From Bacteroidota bacterium (GTDB taxonomy: Bacteria; Bacteroidota; Ignavibacteria; UBA10030; UBA6906): a stretch of 64,000 bases of DNA. Numbering within the stretch: the first letter of the stretch is position 1; each line of letters opens with the position of its first letter. The stretch spans positions 2,414 through 66,413 of the forward strand of contig DATJPR010000130.1 in NCBI GenBank assembly GCA_035506295.1, written 5' to 3'. The translations under genes were made by a program, and so were the position numbers. Below are positions 58,761 through 64,000 of the stretch, piece after piece. The notes beneath the pieces are model-generated. The model saw only the letters and a list, made by a program, of their open reading frames with translations, searched no databases and was not told the origin of the DNA.

Positions 58761-58893
58761 TGCGCTGGCAGTCCGTCAGAGGACGAAAAATCCCTCGACA
58801 CTCTTGCACCTTGGGCGAGGTTTCTGCTACTTTGTGGAAGCGCATCCGATCTCGCTCAGCAGGATGCGCCCGCCTTGATCGTCAGGAATCTCC

Positions 58894-59859
58894 ATGAACC
58901 CCGCAATCCTCTGTGTCGGCGAGGCCATCATTGATTTTCACGCGCACGAACAATGTTCGCTCAAGGACGCGACGACATTCCAGAAAGCCCTCGGGGGAGC
59001 GCCCGCAAACCTCGCAATCGGACTCACGCGGCTCGGCGTCAAGACGGGCTTCATCGGCGCCGTGGGGGAAGATCCCTTTGGACGCTTCATCCTTCAGCAA
59101 CTGGAGCACGAAGGGATTGACACGCGGGGGACGCTGGTGAAGGAGGGACGGAGAACGCGTCTTGCGTTCGTCGCCAACGACAGGAACGGCGATCCCGACT
59201 TCTCCTTCTGGGAAGAATCACCGGCCGACTCCTTCCTCGCGCGCAGTGACATTCCCTGGGAATTGATCGCCGATGCGAAGATCCTTCACCTGAGTTCCTT
59301 CCTTCTCCACAGTCCAGCCATGGCGGACCTCTGCCTCTGGCTGGCGAAGCACGCCTCCACGTACGGGACGATGGTCTCTTTCGATCCCAACCTGAGGATG
59401 AAACTGTGGCCGACCAGACAGCGTGCCCGGTCAATGCTCAGGCGCATGACGAAACTTGTCACCATCTTTCGGGGAAACGCAAAGGAGGGGCAATTCATTA
59501 CAGGCGCGAGGAGCGTGGATGCGGCCGTTGATGCCCTCGTCGCAATGGGCCCCCGCCTCGTCGTCCTTACCGACGGGGGGAAGGGTTGCCACTTCGGGAC
59601 CCGCGCGGCTAAGGGGTTCGTTCCGGCGTTCAAAGTGAAAGTCGTGGACGGAACAGGTTGCGGCGATGGTTTCACCGCGGCGCTCCTGTCCGAGATTGTC
59701 CGGACGGGCAAAGATATCGCCCAACTCAGTCAGGAAGAAATTACGACGATGTGCGAGAGGGCGAACGCAGTGGGAGCGATCGTTGCCACCAGGGCCGGAA
59801 GCGCTTCGGCGATGCCGACGTCGCGAGCAGTCGATCGGTTTCTGACGCTGGAAGGATGA
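58894..59859 (+). CDS. PfkB-family carbohydrate kinase (fructokinase/ketodeoxygluconokinase-like)
   Basis: GGAPANLAIGLTRLG and DGTGCGDGFTAALL motifs. Confidence 0.85.
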   Translation: MNPAILCVGEAIIDFHAHEQCSLKDATTFQKALGGAPANLAIGLTRLGVKTGFIGAVGEDPFGRFILQQLEHEGIDTRGTLVKEGRRTRLAFVANDRNGDPDFSFWEESPADSFLARSDIPWELIADAKILHLSSFLLHSPAMADLCLWLAKHASTYGTMVSFDPNLRMKLWPTRQRARSMLRRMTKLVTIFRGNAKEGQFITGARSVDAAVDALVAMGPRLVVLTDGGKGCHFGTRAAKGFVPAFKVKVVDGTGCGDGFTAALLSEIVRTGKDIAQLSQEEITTMCERANAVGAIVATRAGSASAMPTSRAVDRFLTLEG

Positions 59860-61557
59860 TCAGGAGACGGACTTTTTGTTCCGGTCGCCTGTGAGGGCGG
59901 ACGGAACAGGCTGGTACAGATGGCGCTTGATTTTCTGCGTCGGGGTCTTTTCGAACGGTTCCGGGTGGTCGATAATGCGATGGATCCGTGAGAAGTGTGC
60001 GAGCTTCTCGTTGAGTTTCGTCCGGATCTCTTCGAGAACGGCCGCAATATGCTCCTTCACCTGATGTTCGGGCTTGTTGTCGAGCGAGAACCGCCGCTTC
60101 ACTTCCTCGTAGTTCAGATGCGCCCTCGCAATCAACCGATTCTGTTCTTCGAGGACGAGGGACTCGATGACAAGGTCAAATTCGTTTAGGGCCGATTCGA
60201 TTTCCTCGGGGTAAATGTTTTTCCCGCTTGGCCCGAGGATCATGTTCTTCAGTCTTCCCTTGATATACAGATACCCATCGTGGTCCAGTACGCCTGAATC
60301 GCCGGTGCGGAGCCAGCCGTCGGAACTGAGGACCTCCGCAGTGCGTTGCGGGTCGTTGTAGTACCCCATCATCACATTCGGCCCCTTCAACAGAATCTCC
60401 CCTTCACCCGTTGCAGGATCAGGATTGTCGATCCTGATCTCGACATTCCTGAGCGCCCGGCCGGTAGCGCGGAACTTTGTGGCGCGAGGGGCGTCGCCGA
60501 AGGCAAGCGGAGCTGTTTCGGTGAGCCCGTACCCTATGGCATAAGGGAACCGGGCTGCGCGCAAGAATTGCTCGACGTCGGCGGCGAGCGGAGCGCCACC
60601 GATACAGAACAGCCGGAGTTCGCCTCCGAAAGTCCGGCGAAGTTTTCTCCCGATCAATCTGATGACGGCCGTCTTCAGCAACGGCGTCTTCATGATCGGC
60701 CGCAAGCCCAGGTTCGCGAGCTGCGGTTGGATCTTCGACTTGTAGATCTTCTCGATGATCAGCGGCACGGAAAGGATCACCGTCGGTTTCACCGACGCCA
60801 TCGCCGGAAGAAGGACTCCGGCGGAAGGTGGGCGGTCAAGATAATAAACGGAGGCGCCGACATGCAACGGCGTGATCATCCCCAGAGTGCATTCGTAGGT
60901 GTGGGCGAGGGGGAGGATCGAAAGAAGACGATCAACCTGAGAAATCTCCACCATCTCCGTCACACCGGTCGCCTCCGCGATGAAATTCCGATGCGAAAGC
61001 ATTACTCCCTTGGAGAATCCGGTGGTCCCCGACGTGTAGACGATCGCTGCCAAGGACTCGCTTGTGACCGAAGGAGGTGGTGTCAGCAGAGACTCATCCC
61101 ACGTGGTTCCGTTTCGATGATCGGTAAGCTCTTCGATTGGCAGGACGACCCGCAGCGCGGCTATGCGGGAAGGAGTAAACCGCTGCGAAAGCTTCGCCGA
61201 AATAAACAGTGCCGAGCAGCCGGAATGCAGGAGAATATTCTCTATGTCCCCCGGCGTGAAGTCGGGAAGAATCGGCACCGCCACCCCGCCGAGCGTCATG
61301 ATCGCAAAAAATGCGATCCCCCACTGCACGCGGTTTTCGCTCAGGATGCCGACGTGATCGCCCGGGTTCACTCCTTCCGCTTTCAGACGATCGCGAGCCG
61401 CGGCGACGAGGCATCCAAAATCCTCGAACGTCAGAGACGTTCCTCCAACAGCAGCGAGCGCGACCTTGCTGCGATGGAGCGAAATGCTCTTCGCAATCAT
61501 TGCGGGGAGGTGGGGAGGGAGCGACGGTTCCATGGAGGGGTCTTTCCTGGTCTGCAA
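59860..61557 (-). CDS. AMP-dependent long-chain acyl-CoA ligase
   Basis: AMP-binding motif YTSGTTGFSKGVMLSHRN, later GYGLTE, TGDSG, and the C-terminal PTQKIKR lysine. Confidence 0.9.
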   Translation of the reverse strand: MQTRKDPSMEPSLPPHLPAMIAKSISLHRSKVALAAVGGTSLTFEDFGCLVAAARDRLKAEGVNPGDHVGILSENRVQWGIAFFAIMTLGGVAVPILPDFTPGDIENILLHSGCSALFISAKLSQRFTPSRIAALRVVLPIEELTDHRNGTTWDESLLTPPPSVTSESLAAIVYTSGTTGFSKGVMLSHRNFIAEATGVTEMVEISQVDRLLSILPLAHTYECTLGMITPLHVGASVYYLDRPPSAGVLLPAMASVKPTVILSVPLIIEKIYKSKIQPQLANLGLRPIMKTPLLKTAVIRLIGRKLRRTFGGELRLFCIGGAPLAADVEQFLRAARFPYAIGYGLTETAPLAFGDAPRATKFRATGRALRNVEIRIDNPDPATGEGEILLKGPNVMMGYYNDPQRTAEVLSSDGWLRTGDSGVLDHDGYLYIKGRLKNMILGPSGKNIYPEEIESALNEFDLVIESLVLEEQNRLIARAHLNYEEVKRRFSLDNKPEHQVKEHIAAVLEEIRTKLNEKLAHFSRIHRIIDHPEPFEKTPTQKIKRHLYQPVPSALTGDRNKKSVS

Positions 61558-61677
61558 CGTAACAAGGTAGACAAAGGATCGACCTCAGTCAAGCGCGGAG
61601 GCAAATTCCTTTCTGAATTCCGTCTTTCTGGATTTTTCCGTACTTTTCCACATCACTGATCCATGTGAGGACCCGCC

Positions 61678-63183
61678 ATGCATTGCCTTTCTCGTATTTT
61701 GCGTTGCTTGAGCTTTGTTGGACTCGTTATCCCGGTCATCCTCTTTGCCGGGGAGCAGAAGCTTATTCTCCTTCATACCAACGATATTCACGCGTCCTTT
61801 GTGCCGCACGAAGCGACGTGGATTAAGTCCACACCCAAGCCGATGGTCGGAGGATTTGTACGCCTGGAAGAAGCGATTGACAGCGTGCGATCGCTCGGCA
61901 TTCCGTCGATCCTGCTTGATGCAGGCGATGTCATGACGGGCAATCCGATTTCGGAAATCGTCTATCGGGGGGCGTATGGCGGGGCGCTGTTCGAGATGAT
62001 GAACAGGATGGGGTATGACGTGTGGGAGCCCGGCAATCATGATCTTGACATCTCGCAGGACAATCTCCGCGCACTGGCTTCGATCGCGGTTTTTCCCACA
62101 GTCTGTGCGAACCTCGTCGATCAGAAGGGGGAATACCCGCTGCACAACAAGCCGTACGTCATCATTTCGCGGGGAGGGATTCGCGTTGGAATCATCGGCC
62201 TCATGTCGCAGGAGCTCTATGGGCTCGTCAACCAGCAGAACCTGACCGGCCTGCGTGTCCTCTCTCCCTCGGAAACTGCGCAGCGCTGGATCGATGAGCT
62301 TCGCCCCAAGGCGGATCTTGTGGTGCTCCTGACCCATGAAGGTGCGGAGGAGGATTCGGCGCTCGCAGAGGCAATCCACGGTGCCGACATCATCGTTGGC
62401 GGGCATTCGCACACCAGGATCCGCATTCCGCGCGTCGTCAACGGGATCCGGATAGTGCAAACGGGATCGAATTGTGAGAACCTCGGTGTTGTCGAGGTGA
62501 CATTCCGCGACGACAAACCTGTGAAGTATTGGGGCAATCTCGTTCAACTCTGGGCACGGACGAACCCGAAACCGGAGAGCGTCACGTCGCTCGTCGATTC
62601 GATGCGACAGGTGATTGACAAACAGTACGACGAAGTAGTCGGGAGACTGTCGGAAGATTGGTCGAGTCAGGGCGCGCGGAGTCCGCTTGCGCTTTTTGTG
62701 ACAGAGGCCCAACGCACCGCTGCCTCAGCACAGATCTCCTTCATGAATAGTCACGGGGTGCGCAAAGACCTCCTTGCCGGCCCGATAACCCGTCGGGATA
62801 TCTTCGAGGTCCTCCCATTCCGCAACGTTCTCGTCACGTTCCAACTCAGCGGTGCCCAGGTGAAGTCGGTTCTCCGATATTATCTTGAGAAGCACCCCGC
62901 GATTGTCATGACCGGCGTTTCGGCGAGCTGGTCCAGCGACGCCGGCGGAGAAATTCTGCTGGAGGACGTCCGGGTGGGTGGCACGCCCATTGAGGACGGG
63001 TCAAGCTACGTCTGCGTCGCGAGCGATTTCTTCGTCGGTGAAGCCGAAAAATATATCGGTATGCCGATCGATCATGCCATCACCTCCTCCACCACGTTGT
63101 ATTCTGCTGTCGAACAGGCCATCCGGCGCGAAGGGACCCTCCGGCGCGTCGGCGAAATGAAACTCGAACGATCACACCCATGA
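61678..63183 (+). CDS. Secreted bifunctional metallophosphatase/5'-nucleotidase (UshA-like)
   Basis: Signal-like N-terminus. HTNDIHA, DAGD, GNHD, GGHSH motifs, and a C-terminal 5'-nucleotidase substrate-binding domain. Confidence 0.85.
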   Translation: MHCLSRILRCLSFVGLVIPVILFAGEQKLILLHTNDIHASFVPHEATWIKSTPKPMVGGFVRLEEAIDSVRSLGIPSILLDAGDVMTGNPISEIVYRGAYGGALFEMMNRMGYDVWEPGNHDLDISQDNLRALASIAVFPTVCANLVDQKGEYPLHNKPYVIISRGGIRVGIIGLMSQELYGLVNQQNLTGLRVLSPSETAQRWIDELRPKADLVVLLTHEGAEEDSALAEAIHGADIIVGGHSHTRIRIPRVVNGIRIVQTGSNCENLGVVEVTFRDDKPVKYWGNLVQLWARTNPKPESVTSLVDSMRQVIDKQYDEVVGRLSEDWSSQGARSPLALFVTEAQRTAASAQISFMNSHGVRKDLLAGPITRRDIFEVLPFRNVLVTFQLSGAQVKSVLRYYLEKHPAIVMTGVSASWSSDAGGEILLEDVRVGGTPIEDGSSYVCVASDFFVGEAEKYIGMPIDHAITSSTTLYSAVEQAIRREGTLRRVGEMKLERSHP

Positions 63184-63890
63184 GCTCACAACCAGAGTTT
63201 CCTGTCCTGATCATCACCGGAAGGCCGGCCGCCGGAAAATCGGAGGTCATTGATTTCCTGAAGAAGACTCCGGCTGAAGAGCGTCTGCGTCGATTCGGCA
63301 TCGGCGAATTCGAGGAGCTGGATGATTTTGTGTACGTGTGGGAGACGTTTGAAGTCGATGATATCCTGTCGCGGCACGGCAAGAAGCGGTTGTGGACGAA
63401 CGAGAAGTACTATTTCACCGACGACTTCATCTGGAATGTGTACATCGAGCGGATGAATCTCGAATACCGGAAGAAGCTTGCCCGCGATCCGGGGTATCAC
63501 ATCAAGAAGACGGTGCTGATTGAATTTGCGCGTGGAGGAGAGAATGGAATACGAGAGGCACTCGAGTTTCTTCACGACGATATTCTGAGAATCGCGCGGC
63601 TCATGTATATCGGTGTATCCTATGAGGAGTCTGTGCGGAAGAACAGACGGCGGGCACGGAAGGGAATGGAGGATTCGATCCTCTATCACTCGCTTCCGGA
63701 TGAGAAGATGGAATTCTACTACAAGACCAACGATTGGGATCGCCTCGAGAAAGAGGACTCGAAGTACATCACGGTGCGGGGGTTCAAGATCCCGTACGCA
63801 GTCTTCGAGAATATGCCCGAGAAAACGCTCGACCCCGCGCTCATCGGGAAGGAACTCGATCGCGTCGCAGAGCGGCTTCGATCACTGTAG
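63180..63890 (+). CDS. Uncharacterised P-loop NTPase/kinase-like protein
   Basis: Walker A ITGRPAAGKSEV near the N-terminus. No further assignable motif. ATGA overlap with the 5'-nucleotidase stop. Confidence 0.6.
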   Translation: MSSQPEFPVLIITGRPAAGKSEVIDFLKKTPAEERLRRFGIGEFEELDDFVYVWETFEVDDILSRHGKKRLWTNEKYYFTDDFIWNVYIERMNLEYRKKLARDPGYHIKKTVLIEFARGGENGIREALEFLHDDILRIARLMYIGVSYEESVRKNRRRARKGMEDSILYHSLPDEKMEFYYKTNDWDRLEKEDSKYITVRGFKIPYAVFENMPEKTLDPALIGKELDRVAERLRSL

Positions 63891-64000
63891 CGGGTAGGGG
63901 AGTCGTGTCCCGACACTCCTCCGAGCATGGAATCGGGTGCTTAGTGCGCCTGCCTTCCGCGGGGGGCGACATTCCATAGCCGGGAGATGACCCACGCTCC

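Noticed and set aside
55436-62712. Long antisense ORFs: 55436-56584 (-), 60346-61659 (+, 437 aa) and 61585-62712 (-, 375 aa).
   Set aside because: Each lies fully opposite a gene with clear catalytic motifs (kinase, acyl-CoA ligase, 5'-nucleotidase). Their translations have no motifs and skewed Arg/Gly/Asp composition.

Overview
This window is 64 kb of densely coding bacterial chromosome with about 60 protein genes and 1 tRNA. By hand spot counts it is roughly 55-62% GC, and Shine-Dalgarno motifs precede many genes. The lineage cannot be assigned from sequence alone.

Content from left to right:
- An arsenic-resistance operon: arsR, a CxxC thioredoxin-like gene, arsP, arsC and acr3.
- An AraC-linked operon of cupin, Zn-alcohol dehydrogenase and aldo-keto reductase.
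- A signalling cluster: a 993-aa chemoreceptor with about 7 internal repeat modules, a PAS/HisKA_2 kinase, a degenerate receiver, a HisKA_3 kinase with a LuxR-type regulator, TetR and Crp.
- A gene string of oxidoreductase, unknown protein and nucleotidyltransferase.
- ftsH and mlaEFD.
- Phasin-like, DUF2007-like and HdeD-like genes, and an ABC1/UbiB-type kinase.
- A GC-richer block of phosphoester/lipid hydrolases: a metallophosphoesterase, a USP-like/PLD fusion and a class-3 lipase.
- A GC-poorer, gene-sparse block containing a SpoIIE phosphatase gene fragment.
- A lipoprotein with CBM20-like, 7TMR-DISM and SpoIIE regions, then a PAP2 phosphatase and tRNA-Arg(CCT).
- A complete trpE-G-D-C-F-aroF-trpB-A operon.
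- A DMT transporter, a kinase fused to a solute-binding domain, cbpA, a PfkB kinase, an acyl-CoA ligase, a 5'-nucleotidase and a P-loop protein.

I found no CRISPR array, transposase, integrase, rRNA or recognisable defence or toxin-antitoxin system, and I cannot point to a convincing entirely new multi-gene system.

The best-supported unannotated structure is a leader-peptide attenuator upstream of trpE. It has a 23-codon ORF with three consecutive Trp codons, an intrinsic terminator, and a promoter that would make the leader nearly leaderless.

Secondary leads:
- The hydrolase block at 28.8-34.5 kb with its unusual USP-like/PLD fusion.
- The decaying low-GC block at 34.6-39.5 kb, bounded on the left by a sequence resembling the 3' end of the tRNA-Arg gene.
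- A DAHP synthase gene translationally coupled inside the trp operon.
- A receiver domain lacking all phospho-acceptor residues.

All calls come from reading translations and motifs. No searches or folding calculations were run.
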